This document shows, piece after piece, positions 1 to 11,310 of a stretch of DNA of 64,000 bases (positions are counted from its first letter, which is position 1; each line of letters starts with the position of its first letter). The notes under the pieces are model-generated. The model had not been told where the DNA came from and did not search any database. It saw nothing but the letters and a program-made list of their open reading frames with translations. The stretch comes from Octopus bimaculoides (lineage: Eukaryota), in contig NC_069004.1 of the NCBI RefSeq assembly GCF_001194135.2, positions 14,182,719 through 14,246,718 of the forward strand, written 5' to 3'. The position numbers and the translations under genes are program-made.

Positions 1-690
1 CATAACAAGTAACTGTAGAATATGTGGAGATGGACAAGAAACAATAAATCATATTATCTCTGGCTGCCCAGTCCTGGCTAAGAAGGAATATATTCACAGA
101 CACAACAGAACTGGGACCTATATACACTGGAAGCTATGCCAACACTATGGAATAACAACAGAAAAAAGATGGTATAAACACACGCCAGAAAAGGTCACAG
201 AAAACGAGAAAGCAACCATACTCTGGGATATGCCAATACACACAGATAGAGAAATTAAGGCAAATAGACCAGATATAGTTGTCAAAGATCATGAAGAAAA
301 AAAATGCTTTCTAATTGATGTATCAATACCAGCAGATGACAACATCTCCCTAAAAGAAATGGAAAAACTTTCAAAATACAGACCTGGAAATAGAGGTAAC
401 TCGAATGTGGAATCTAAAAACAGAAACAATTCCTATCATAGTAGGTGCTTTAGGTATAATAAAAAAATATTCAGACAAATACATAACAAAAACTCCAGGA
501 CTTACAAATATATATAACATACAGAAAATTGCACTACTGGGCACTGCACACATCCTACGCAAAACACTTTCAATACAGTAACCATAAGAGCATCACAGCA
601 AACCACAGCACATACCCAAGGCACACAGAGCTGCGCTCGGTAGTGAAGTGAAAGCATGTTATAAAAATAAAACTACTGAACAATAATAAT
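1..690 (+). mobile_element. 3' end of an RLE-type non-LTR retrotransposon (R4/Dong-like): CCHC zinc knuckle plus restriction-like endonuclease, frameshifted, with 3' UTR and (AAT)n tail
   Basis: Frame from base 2 reads ITSNCRICGDGQETINHIISGCPVLAKKEYIHRHN...ILWDMPIHTDREIKANRPDIVV...FLIDVSIP...EKLSKY. After a 2-nt loss near 380 it continues DLEIEVTRMWNLKTETIPIIVGALG...QKIALLGTAHILRKTLSIQ* (TAA 579-581). C-x2-C-x7-H-x4-C and PD...D...K motifs are typical of RLE LINEs. Ends in aataataat at 682-690. Confidence 0.92.
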
Positions 691-711
691 GAAAAAATTA
701 TTATTATTATT

Positions 712-972
712 ATTTTAATTTTTATTCTGTTTAACTCGGGTTTTGTTGCAACTCTTGGAGTCTTGCATGCATAGCAGGTACCATGTTGTTTGTTCTTTTC
801 AACAACTTAATACTCTTCTGATTATGCAGAGAAGGCAAACCTTCATCAGGCAGCTCTACTGGGTACTCTATTCCAATTTCCATTTATATTCCTTTTGATG
901 CCTTCTGATACTGTCCCCAAGGCACTATCTTTACCTTCTTCATTTTCCATAGCCGGGCTATTTCATATTATT
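712..972 (-). mobile_element. Decayed 3' fragment of a second, different RLE (R4/Dong-like) LINE subfamily
   Basis: Minus strand reads YEIARLWKMKKVKIVP../LGTVSEGIKR../EIGIEYPVEL../IIRRVLSC* (stop at 799-801) across frameshifts. A short 3' UTR runs into the (ATT)n at 698-715. Confidence 0.75.
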
Positions 973-1716
973 ATTAAGAAATCATTATTATTATTATTAC
1001 TATTATTATCATTTAGAAATTCGGCAAAGTTAAGCAGCAAGAATGAAATCTCTCCAACTGTAGACATAACGACAAGTCAAAGAGGGGACATGATTTCAAT
1101 ATCGTTAAGCTGGCAATAAATTAATACTCTTTCCACTCAATTGACTGTGACTTAAAATTTTAATTATGTCATCATTAAAAGACAGTATTATATAGTCTAA
1201 GTGAGTGTACTAAATCCAGGTTTCATTATTTTCAAACCCATTTAATCCATTTTAATTGCCATAATAAACACCATTAAGCTTAATTATTAGTTACAAATTA
1301 ACAATTATTCCTTCTCTTCGTTTTCACAAATCTATATTTAATAAACAGATTAAAAAAAAAATTCTCAAGAAAATTGATTCCTAAGAATTATGGTTTTAAG
1401 AAAAAAAAAAGAGAAAAAATAAGAGAGATTAATTTCAAAACGATGATTTGGATGTTGATGATGATGATGATAACTACGATGATAATTGGCAGTAGAGCAC
1501 TGAATAAAAATAATGAATTTCTTGGTATAAGCCAATAAATTTAATCAGAAAACGGAATGAGATTATGTGGCATTCATGACTTTAAAAGTGAATCCATGGT
1601 GTAAGTATGGTAAATCTGTTTCAATCAGCAACTGAAAAAAGCAATTTTTACATAGGAGAGAGAGAGAGGGGGGGGGGAGAGAAAGAGAGAGTTTGCCTCT
1701 AACACCAAATCAAGAT

Positions 1717-1750
<34 letters not shown>

Positions 1751-2132
1751 GAGAAAGAAGATGAAAATATTTTTCAAATCATATTAGAGTGGAAAGATTC
1801 CTAACAGCTAAAAGGTTTAATCAATGGTTAAGATCAGCTAGAAACTGATGAGTTGGAGATTATGTGTTCATGTTGATATAATCTCGAGTGTTTAGGCTAT
1901 TAGCTGAAATGTTTGTATACTTGTAATACGTTGTTAAACAATACCACTAGTAATACTACTTGTTATTTAAAAAAACAGGTCAATAACGAAATACCTTTAA
2001 GATTACTGATATTTATTTATTTATGGGCAGTGCTAAATAGATACGTAATAATTTACCTCGATAGGGCTTGAAATTATGAACTATAACAGTTATTTCTTAC
2101 AGACACAAGGGGTGAGAGACAAATTTTTTTTA

Positions 2133-3101
2133 TTTTTATCTTTTATCTTTTACTTGTTTCAGTCATTAGGCTGTGGCCATGCTGGGGCAACACTTTGAAG
2201 AATTCTAATCAAACAAATCAACCCCTGTACTTATTTTTCTTTTAAAGTCTGATACTTATTCTATCAGTCTCTGTTGCCGAACTACAAAGTTATGGGGGTG
2301 TAAACACACCAACACTACTTGTCAAGTGATGGTGGGGACAAAGACATCTACAATACATATATGTCACTTTCCGTGACTTTTTGTGTTTTAATCCAAAATG
2401 GAGATGAACACTAATGTTCCATGTGATAGGCTTGATAACTGATAATTGTTGAGGTATTCCTTAACATGAAACAAATGGTAGCTTTAAAACACAAATAAAG
2501 AATCTTTATCCATCAATGCGGTGTTGAGTACTCATACTCAGTGTTCAATATTTACACACACACAGTGGCTGAGTTCCAGTCAAGCACTGGGCCTCAGGGA
2601 GGCAAAGTGGCTGAGTTCCTTTCAAGTGCTGGGCCTCATGGAGGCAATGACTGAGACCTTTGTCATGCTTGAGAAGAAGACCCATCAAGGTGAGCAAAAT
2701 TGCAGTCATAGCAGATACTAGTGTCATGCAAATGGCACCTGTACCAGTAACATGTAAAAGCAACCATTACACTCTCAGAGTGGTTGGCATTAGGAAGGGC
2801 ATCTGGCCATAGAAAACCATGCAAAATCAGACTGGAGTATGATGCAGTTTTCTAGCTTACCATCCCTGGTCAAACCATCCAACCCATGCCAGCATGGACA
2901 ATGGATGTTAAATGATGATGATGATATATATATGAAAGGCTTCTTTCAGTTTTCACCTACTAAATCTACTCACAAGGCTTTGGTTGGCCTGAGGCTATAG
3001 TAGAAGACACTTGCCTAAGGAACACGCAGTGGGACTGAACCCAGAACAATGTGGTTGGGAAGCAAAACATTTTAACATACAGTCACACCACCTGCACCTA
3101 T
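2133..3101 (-). mobile_element. SINE family A copy split by insertions in its internal microsatellite
   Basis: 3' half at 2133-2370 and 5' tRNA-like half at 2925-3101 match the intact copy at 63390-63790. Confidence 0.8.
2560..2925 (+). mobile_element. RTE-type LINE 3' end (ORF tail, 3' UTR, (GAT)n tail)
   Basis: Reads LGLMEAMTETFVMLEKKTHQ, followed by the recurrent UTR taggaagggcatc...caacccatgccagcatgga...gatgttaaatgatgatgatg. Contains a ~41-bp tandem duplication at ~2566-2646. Confidence 0.7.
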
Positions 3102-3414
3102 CAAAAAGTTTTTAAAATTCTTATTTATTCATTGGAAGGAAAAAGATGCATCTATCCAACAACATAACTGATAATTTATGGATGCTAGAATGGGATGAAA
3201 GGCAAAGTCTAAGCTTTTGTTATAAATCCATTCCTTTCCATGATACTTTACAGGAATTTTAAGCCAACTGCACTTTCTGATTTTAAGTTTAGTCCTCTAT
3301 TTTATTGATCCACAATGAGTAAAATGCCAAGTTAACCTTAGCAAAATCTGAACTCAGAAGAATATAAAGGAACTAAACTCAATTCTGGTCTTATGTTGAT
3401 TTATAGCCCTTTCT

Positions 3415-3615
3415 GCTATAGGCACAAAGCCTGAAGTTTTGTGGGAGAGAGCTTGTTGGTTACATTGACCAGCAGTGCATAGCTAGTATTTATTTCATTG
3501 ATCCCAAAGGATGAAAGGCAAAGTCAACCTTGGCAGAATTTGAACCCGGAACATAAAGAGGAACAAAATGCCACTAAGCATTTTGTTTGGTGTGCTAACA
3601 ATTCAGCCAGCTGAC
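3415..3615 (-). mobile_element. SINE family B copy
   Basis: Reverse complement matches 59427-59645 (gagctggcagaatcgttagca...ttctgagttcaaatt...gactttgcctttcatcc...aagtaccag). Confidence 0.8.
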
Positions 3616-4099
3616 CGTCTTATAGGAAGTTGAGTGTGTGGATGGCTTAGTGAATAGATAAACCAATTAGGTGGTTGGAAGTTCATATCCAGCCACACTG
3701 AGTTGCTGTTCATGGACAGTCCAGAACTCTTAACAAGGTAGGAACAACTTGTTGCTTCTAACAATAGTGACAAAACTAAAACCACACCAATCTCTTATGT
3801 AGTCTTATATCTTCAGTACAGCAGTGTAATTTCCCTGAAATATCACCCTGCAGTCTCCAGAATTCTAACTACAAACAATAAGGCCTAAAAACCATCAAGA
3901 TTACAATACTGCATTGGCTGCCAAGAAACAAAATGAATTAAAACAACCATAATCATAATTAACAGTAAAGGATTAATTAAGATAAGTAAAGATTTAGATA
4001 ATACAACGGATAAGTTGGAGATTAGTAAGATTGATTGGTTTGATGTAACAGATACTAGATGTATAATACAATCAAGTTATGCACTAGAAACAGCTTTAT

Positions 4100-4709
4100 A
4101 ATGTAAACACTTCAAATATCACATACTTAACATGTGTGTGTTGTTTAAAAGCCAGAAGCTGTGGCTTTTTTGTACAGGAAAAATTTCTTTAAAGACATAC
4201 AGTAATAAGAAGCACAGTATAACTCAAGGTTGGGTGAAATGAAATTGTTCCGAAAGTGAAGCCAAGAGTGGCAGATACAGTACTTTGTTGTAATTGTGGC
4301 TTATCAATGCTGAGCACTTGTCTCAGTTCAAAAGCAAAATCAGAATTGCTAATATGAAGTATATACACATAATGTATAAATTATTTGCTGATTTGCAATT
4401 GTGTTGCATAAGTAGAATAAATTCAAATTATGCAATGGAAGCAGCTCTCTAATGCAAATATTATTAATATCACATACTTAATGCACACATGTTGTTTAAA
4501 TGCCAGAAACAGTAATTTTTTTGTCTGGGGAAGAAATCCCTTTAAAGATGCATAGTGTTAAAAAAACAATATACTTCACAGTTAGGTGAAATGAAACCAC
4601 TCTAGAAGTGATCATGAGGGTAGCCGATATCGTATTTCACTGCATTTGGGGCTTGTCAATGCCACATAGTTGTCTCACTTCAGAAATGAAATCAGAATTG
4701 TTCATCTGA
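4100..4709. repeat. Diverged direct tandem duplication, ~250-bp units offset by ~351 bp
   Basis: Shared anchors aatatcacatacttaa (4115 and 4466), gttgtttaaa-gccagaa, ggtgaaatgaaa, ggctt(a/g)tcaatgc and aaatcagaattg. Confidence 0.85.
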
Positions 4710-5099
4710 GTGAGAGCAGTCAGATCTGGGTAACAGAGGCCATTATAGTAATGGTAGAAAATGGAAAGAGAAGAGGCAGTACACCTTGGGAAACAGTGGC
4801 TGGAATGAGTCTATGAATGGTTTTTGCTTCAATTGAGTGGCTTTTCTTCAGATGCAGTCTAGAGAGAGAGAGAGAAGTGGGGGAAGCAGGCTTGTTCTCG
4901 GCATAAAAACAATACTTCTGTGTGGTATTTATTTGAACTTTATAGAGTAACCAGCAGTTGTTGTGGCTGATGTTAAACACCCACATGATACAGGATAATG
5001 TACCAAGGTGTCATCTATGTGATGTAGGTTTGCATTCAATTGAGTCTGACCTTATGATTTCATCATATGGGTGGTTTGAACCAGCATTCTGTTAATATA

Positions 5100-5290
5100 T
5101 CTAGCTAGCTAAAAAGTGAGAAAGAGAGATAGAAATAGAGAGAGAGAAAAAGAAAGATTGAGACAGAGAAAGGAAAATTGAGAAAGAGAGAAAGACTGAA
5201 ATAGATAGAGAAAGACAGAAAGATTGAAACAAAGATAAAGAAAGATAGGCAGGCAGACAGGCATATAAATAGATAGATAGGTGGACAGAG
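5100..5290. repeat. Compound purine-rich (GA/AGAT/AGAC) low-complexity tract
   Basis: Directly visible; explains ORF 5101..5367. Confidence 0.9.
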
Positions 5291-6767
5291 AGGTATTCCA
5301 AGCTCAGTTCAAGATTAGTGTTTAACAAATAAAAAAAATATAAATTAAAGAAAAGGAACGTCCACAAAGCATACTAAAATATTGATTGACCTTAAAGTAT
5401 ACACAATCATTTCTTGATTCAAAAGTTACATTCAATCAGTTCATTAACGTTCAATAAAATAAGGAAACAAGGTTTGATTCCTAGTTAAAGACAGGAGGAG
5501 AAAAAAGAAAAAAAGGAAAGAAAAGCAAATAAGAGTTGCAAAAGTTCTGAGATTATTGGCAATTAAGAAGAAATATAGGTTATTAGCATCAAGTTTAAAA
5601 TGAAATAAAATAACAAACAACAAAATTTAGAATCAGTGGAAACTAGTGATGGCTTACATGAGCAGAAAATGAGTTAGGATTAACTAATTATAGAAATAAT
5701 TAGCCAAAAGGTGGAATTCTTTTAAGTTGCCATTCAGATATAATTATGATCATAGAAAAATGAGTTTCTGGTGAGTAATGTTTTAATTGCAATCAAAATG
5801 AAATGTAGAGATAGAAACTGTATTGCTATTACTCAACAATTTTCCATGCTAGAAACGAAACTGTCTACACAGTAATGCATTTCAGTAAATAATCCTCCTC
5901 CTTTTCCTCCTCATGATTATTATTTAATGTCCATGTTCCATACTGACATGAGCTGGGTAGTTTGACAGGATCTGATAGGTCCAAAGGACTGCAACATGCT
6001 CCAATGACTGCTTTGGCATAGTTCCTATGGCTGGACACCCATTAAAATGCCAAATACTTTACGGTGTGTATTGAGTGCTTTTCTAGTGCCATTGACACTA
6101 CTGAGGTTGTCCTGTGCAGGGGCTATGAACCCCGAGGGGAGTCGGAGGTTGATAAAGACACACACAAAAATAGACACGCAATACAAAATGAGAGTTGACA
6201 GAAACCTCTAAAAAAGTATAGCAAGACAACAAACTGGGTAACACTGTTCGTGGAAGAGGTTATGAAGGTGGAGGAGAAAGAGGGGGAAAACTGTAAATGA
6301 ATACAATTAAGAGAAATTAAAAGCAATAAATACAAGACAAGAAAAGATAACTTCTTTTTTAAACTTCTCTTGAGTCATTCAGTTACAATTTTTCATCCTC
6401 CTCCTTTACCTTCCTAACCTCTCCTACTAATGGTGTCACCCTGTTCTTCTTCTATACAATACCATGACCATGTTGCCTGAGATACACCAGCACATTAACC
6501 TATAAGGAAAGGTCACCCTGATATAATAAAGTAACGAATTTTGTTTCATATTGGTCAGATGGAATTTGCTGAGGTGGACTTTCCACAGCTGAATGACTAT
6601 ACTGTCGCCAACTGACATCTCTTTCCAAGTAAGGTAGTATAGTAATATTTCCCCATGATCAGACATGTTTTCGCAGAAGATTGGAAATGAAGGACACAAC
6701 TTGCATGATAGAGACACTCGCTTTACCACTATTATGCAATGTCAAGGAGATAGTAACACAACACATG

Positions 6768-6817
<50 letters not shown>

Positions 6818-7193
6818 NNNNNNNNNNNNNNNNNNNNNNNNNNNNNNNNNNNNNNNNNNNNNNNNNNNNNNNNNNNNNNNNNNNNNNNNNNNNNNNNNNN
6901 NNNNNNNNNNNNNNNNNNNNNNNNNNNNNNNNNNNNNNNNNNNNNNNNNNNNNNNNNNNNNNNNNNNNNNNNNNNNNNNNNNNNNNNNNNNNNNNNNNNN
7001 NNNNNNNNNNNNNNNNNNNNNNNNNNNNNNNNNNNNNNNNNNNNNNNNNNNNNNNNNNNNNNNNNNNNNNNNNNNNNNNNNNNNNNNNNNNNNNNNNNNN
7101 NNNNNNNNNNNNNNNNNNNNNNNNNNNNNNNNNNNNNNNNNNNNNNNNNNNNNNNNNNNNNNNNNNNNNNNNNNNNNNNNNNNNNNNNNNNNN
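6818..7193. other. Assembly gap; further gaps at 18118-18313, 29997-30006, 31004-31106, 32729-33063, 41199-41831, 43072-43553
   Basis: N runs, each adjoining a (TA)n microsatellite on at least one side. Confidence 0.99.
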
Positions 7194-7194
7194 A

Positions 7195-7480
7195 AACCAT
7201 GCCAAATTAGATTGAAACCTGGTGCAGCTCTCCAGCTTACCAGTTCTAGCTAAAAACACATGCCAGCATGGAAAGCAGATGCTAAATGATGATCATGATA
7301 TATATATACACTCTCTGAGTGGTTGGCGTTAGGAAGGGCATCCAGCTGTAGAAACTCTGCCAAATTTAGATTGGAGCCTGGTGTTGCCATCCGGTTTCAC
7401 CAGTCCTCAGTCAAATTGTCCAACCCATGCTAGCATGGAAAGCGGACGTTAAACGATGATGATGATGATGATGATGATGA
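7195..7480 (+). mobile_element. Two tandem RTE-type 3' UTR fragments; the second (7308-7480) is a young CpG-retaining copy with a (GAT)n tail
   Basis: 7308-7480 is nearly identical to the reverse complements of 22918-23060 and 40995-41148. Similar UTR fragments at ~5925-6110(-), 19835-20055(+), 26045-26140(+), 36850-37040(+), 38610-38800(-), 47600-47730(+), 49115-49300(-), 49555-49710(-), 53255-53530(-), 61740-62012(+). Confidence 0.8.
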
Positions 7481-7587
7481 TATACATACATATATATATA
7501 TACATACACACATACAATGGGCTTCTTTCAGTTTCCATAGCTCAAATCCATTCACAAGGTTTTAGTTGGCTTGAGACTATCTTTCTT

Positions 7588-8062
7588 TCTTTGACTTGTT
7601 TCAGTCATTTGACTGCGACCATGCTGGGGCACTGCCTTGAAGGGTTTTAGTTGAACAAATCAATCTCAGGAATTTCTTTTTTTTAAGCCTAGTACTTATT
7701 CTATCAGTCTCTTTTGCTGAACTGCTAAGTTACAGGGAAGTAAGCACGCCAACACCGATTGTCAAGTAGTGATGGGGGACAAACACAGACAGAAACACAC
7801 ACACACACACACACATACATATGATGTACTTCTTTCAGTTTCCATCTTCCAAATTCAGCCTGAGGCTCTAGTAGAAGACACTTGCCCAAGGTGCTAAGCA
7901 GTGGGACTGAACCCAGAACCATGTGGCTGGGAAGCAAGCTTCTTACCACACAGCTATGTCTAGTAAAAAAAGATAAACAAAATAAAAGACACTTGCCCAA
8001 AGTGCCACACAATTGGACTGAACCAGCGATGGTGTGGTTGGGAAGCAAACTTCCAGCTACAG
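7588..8062 (-). mobile_element. SINE family A copy with a duplicated head fragment
   Basis: Matches the reverse complement of 63390-63790; head segment repeated at ~7985-8062. Confidence 0.8.
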
Positions 8063-9024
8063 AACCAAAAAAATAAAATGAGATGGTCATGTTGGGAATG
8101 CTATGATCATAGGTTTTCTCAATCCAGATTGACCTGTAGCTAAACAACAACAAGCCATTAAGAGCATGCTGTCAAATGCTTCCGATCATATTTTTATGCA
8201 TGGAACTGGCAAAAGTCTTTGACTGACAATGGAAACAGTCCTATAACATTAATACTAAATCTTGCACAATTACATGAAATGCCATACATACAGTAAGACA
8301 CTTCTGGAATCGTACATCGATGTTCACTTAGCAACTGAGTAGTTTCAGTCATCCATAAAAGATACCAGAATATGAATTATTATTTTAAAGTGTTTTTTCC
8401 ATTACCAAAGACTGGATCTTTGGACTTTCATGATGTCTAACATTCTATGTAAATATATTCTTTACTACATTATTACATCTCTTCTGGTCATTGGTTAGCT
8501 GTAGTTAAATTGAGTCTGGTTGCATAAGAACAAGATTTTATTTTCCTGGCTAAACGCGTAGAAGACATTTTAAGAGAAAAGTGTCAACCAGATGAATCAG
8601 TTGCAATATATAACTATACATTCATATGTACATATACGAAGGGAAACATATTTTTTAACCAGTATGATAGATTCCATTCCCTGTAATTTTACCATTCCAA
8701 CCAAACTTGTCAAGTAACTGGTTGTTTTCTAAATATTCACAAAGAAAGAAAAAGAGAGAAAAAGAAGCTTGTTTACAAAAGAGCAAAGCAATTTTGAGGT
8801 GGAAAGATCAAAATTGTGAATATCACATTGCGTTCTCCCAGAGATGCCATAACTGTTCTATATATAATAAACAGAAATATCAACGTTGGTCATTTACAGA
8901 AGCTGAAATTATTGAGAATATATCAGGTGAACTTATGAAATAAACCAGGAACCAAACTAATCTATAGAAACGAATTCATTTGGTCAACCATATGAAGAAG
9001 TAAAGAAAAGAAATAATAATAATA

Positions 9025-9210
9025 ATCCTTACTGCTAAAGGCTCAAGGCCTTAAACTTTTGGAGAGGGGATAAATCGATTATATTGATCCCAGTGTGTAA
9101 CTGGTACGTATTTCATTGACCCCACCCCCCAAAAAAAAGAATGAAAGACAGACAAAATACTGCTAAGCATTTCACTTGGCGTGCTAACGTTTCTGCCAGC
9201 TCGCTGCCTT
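9025..9210 (-). mobile_element. SINE family B copy flanked by (AAT)n
   Basis: Family B motifs with (AAT)n tracts on both sides; another copy at 9765-9915(+). Confidence 0.8.
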
Positions 9211-9213
9211 CTC

Positions 9214-9264
<51 letters not shown>

Positions 9265-10062
9265 AATGAGCTGGAAAGGATGGCAAAATAGATCTGCTAA
9301 AAAATGAAATTGCATGAATGTGGGTAATGAAGAGAGTAATTGTCATCCCAATAGTTGTAGGGGTAGGTTTAAGAAATATGCTGGAGAAATTGGAATTGAC
9401 GTGAGGGTAGAACATGCTAAAAAAAAACTCCTCTATTGGGGATAGTGAGGATTTTGAGATTGGTACATGGGTGTTAAGTGTAGTGGACTATGACTTTCAT
9501 CCACTTTTCCCAGCATGCATGGGTCAGATGGAATTTATTGAGGCAGAATATTTTTCATGTCCAGATGTCATTTCAGGTGTCAACTCTCAGCTGTTTTCAA
9601 GCAAGGTAATAATTCCCCATTACTGGACATGTTTTCAGAGAATATTGGAAATGAACAACACTGCTTGTATCATGGTGACACCTATTTAACAACTACCACA
9701 TGACATCCAGACAGACACATATTCACACACAATAACACACATGATGAGATTCTTGCATTTCTGTGGTCTGAGTTCATATTTCACCAAGGTTAACTTTGCC
9801 TTTCATCCTTTTAGGGTCAATAAGACAGGTACCAGTTAAACATTGGGGTTGATATAATCAACTTACTCCCTCTGTTGAAATTCCTGGTCTTCTGCCAAAA
9901 TGTGGAACCATTATTCCAATCTTTATTACATATTTTGTTATATTCTACATGAAGATATTCAAGTATATCTACCAAATTAACTTAAGGTACCATGCAGTGG
10001 GACTGAACATGAAACTGTGTGGTTGGAAAGTAAACTTCTTAACCACGCAACCATATCTGTGC

Positions 10063-10098
<36 letters not shown>

Positions 10099-10279
10099 TT
10101 CACTACTGTATATGAGTATGACCACCAAAAAAGCCTGTGCAATGTTTGTTCTGTTCAAGTTGTACAGATAATTCCTTGTCACTGTAATTGATATAAACAC
10201 AATTAATCAGTGAGTACGTTGTTAGAAATCAGTAACAACTGACACTATTATATGCAAATAGATAAATAAATAATATAGA

Positions 10280-10435
10280 GGAAGAGGAGAAATTTCTGAA
10301 GCATTTGCAGGGCATCTGAGACAGGTGAGACTGTTGTAGGTCAGTATGTGCAGGGGAAGAATTCCAGGTGGTTGCAGTTCTGGAGAGTAAAGATTTTGTG
10401 AAGTGTTTAAAGGGTGATGGACTGATGAAATAGAG
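10280..10435 (-). mobile_element. CR1/L2-like LINE 3' coding remnant
   Basis: Minus strand KHFTKSLLSRTATTWNSSPAH resembles the SFFPRT..LWNSLP motif at the C-terminus of CR1/L2/Jockey-type ORF2. Confidence 0.5.
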
Positions 10436-10589
10436 GCTAATTAGTTAAAAATTCTGATGATTTTGTAGTAATAAAAGAGGAAGAAAGAAGGGCACATCTG
10501 AAGAAGTTAATTCAACCATAACAGTCACAGATATACTTGAATATCTTAATGCAGAATATAACAAAGTTATGTAATAAGGATTGAAATAA

Positions 10590-11030
10590 TGGTTTCACAT
10601 TTTGGCAGAAGATCAGGAATTTTGGTGGAGAGGGCAAGTTGATTACATCAACCCAGTGTTCAACAGATACCTATCTTATCAACCTTGAAAGGATGAAAGA
10701 CAAGTCGACCTTGGTGGAATATGAACTCAGAACATAGAGACAGACAAAATGCCGTTAAGCATTTTGCCTAGTGTGTTAACAATTCTGCCAAGTCACCTGA
10801 AATATTAGTCTCCAATTTAGTTTCAAATTTTGGCACGAGACTAGCAATTTCAGGGGTGGGTCAAGTTGATTACATTGACCCCAGTGCTCAATAGGTACTT
10901 ATTTTATTGACCCAAAAAGGATGAAAGGCGAAGTTGGTCTCAGTGGGATTCGAAGTTAGAATGTAGAGACGGATGAAATGCCACTGAGCATTTTGCCCAG
11001 CATGCTAACGATATTGCCAGCTTGTCTGCA
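10590..11030 (-). mobile_element. Two tandem SINE B copies (10590-10800, 10825-11030)
   Basis: Family B motifs in the same orientation; a second tandem pair lies at 11975-12185 and 12200-12405. Confidence 0.8.
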
Positions 11031-11044
11031 GTATTAGCACTTTC

Positions 11045-11310
11045 TACTCAATAAAGCCATCATCACTGATGTTTTCTCTTTATAAGAAATTCCCAAACAA
11101 GATAAAGGACTATGGAGAAGGAGAAATTAAGACGAAAGGAATGAATTTACTTTAGACTGGTCATAAGAAGGAGGAAAACATCGAGATGGAAGAGAGTTCC
11201 AAAACATCGAGGAGGAAAACAACTTCAGGTCATAAGGAGGAGGAAGACATCGAGATGGAAGTGAGTTCCAAAGTCTGGCAGTTCAAGGAAAAAAAGCTAC
11301 AACCATAAAA
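11045..11310 (-). mobile_element. CR1/L2-like LINE 3' remnant with a 45-bp internal duplication
   Basis: Minus strand SFFP*TARLWNSLPSRCLPPPYDLK. The unit ggtcataag..ggagga..acatcgagatggaag.gagttccaaa occurs at 11159-11203 and 11228-11272. Confidence 0.6.

Noticed and set aside
230-517. ORF MPIHTDREIK... as a host gene
   Set aside because: It is the RLE domain of a frameshifted retrotransposon; the last ~45 aa are out-of-frame read-through.
1846-1890. CTGATGA followed by an 8-bp hairpin (hammerhead or miRNA candidate)
   Set aside because: No GAAA after stem II, and the stem is too short for a pre-miRNA.
6665-7259. Long ORFs across N-runs (also 18002-18403, 32614-33161, 41058-41890, 42955-43768)
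   Set aside because: Artefacts of translating N gaps and (TA)n.
8133-8222. AKQQQAIKSMLSNASDHIFMHGTGKS, resembling a PIF1/Helitron P-loop
   Set aside because: Lacks the first Walker A glycine, stops immediately afterwards, and has no further helicase motifs; likely chance.
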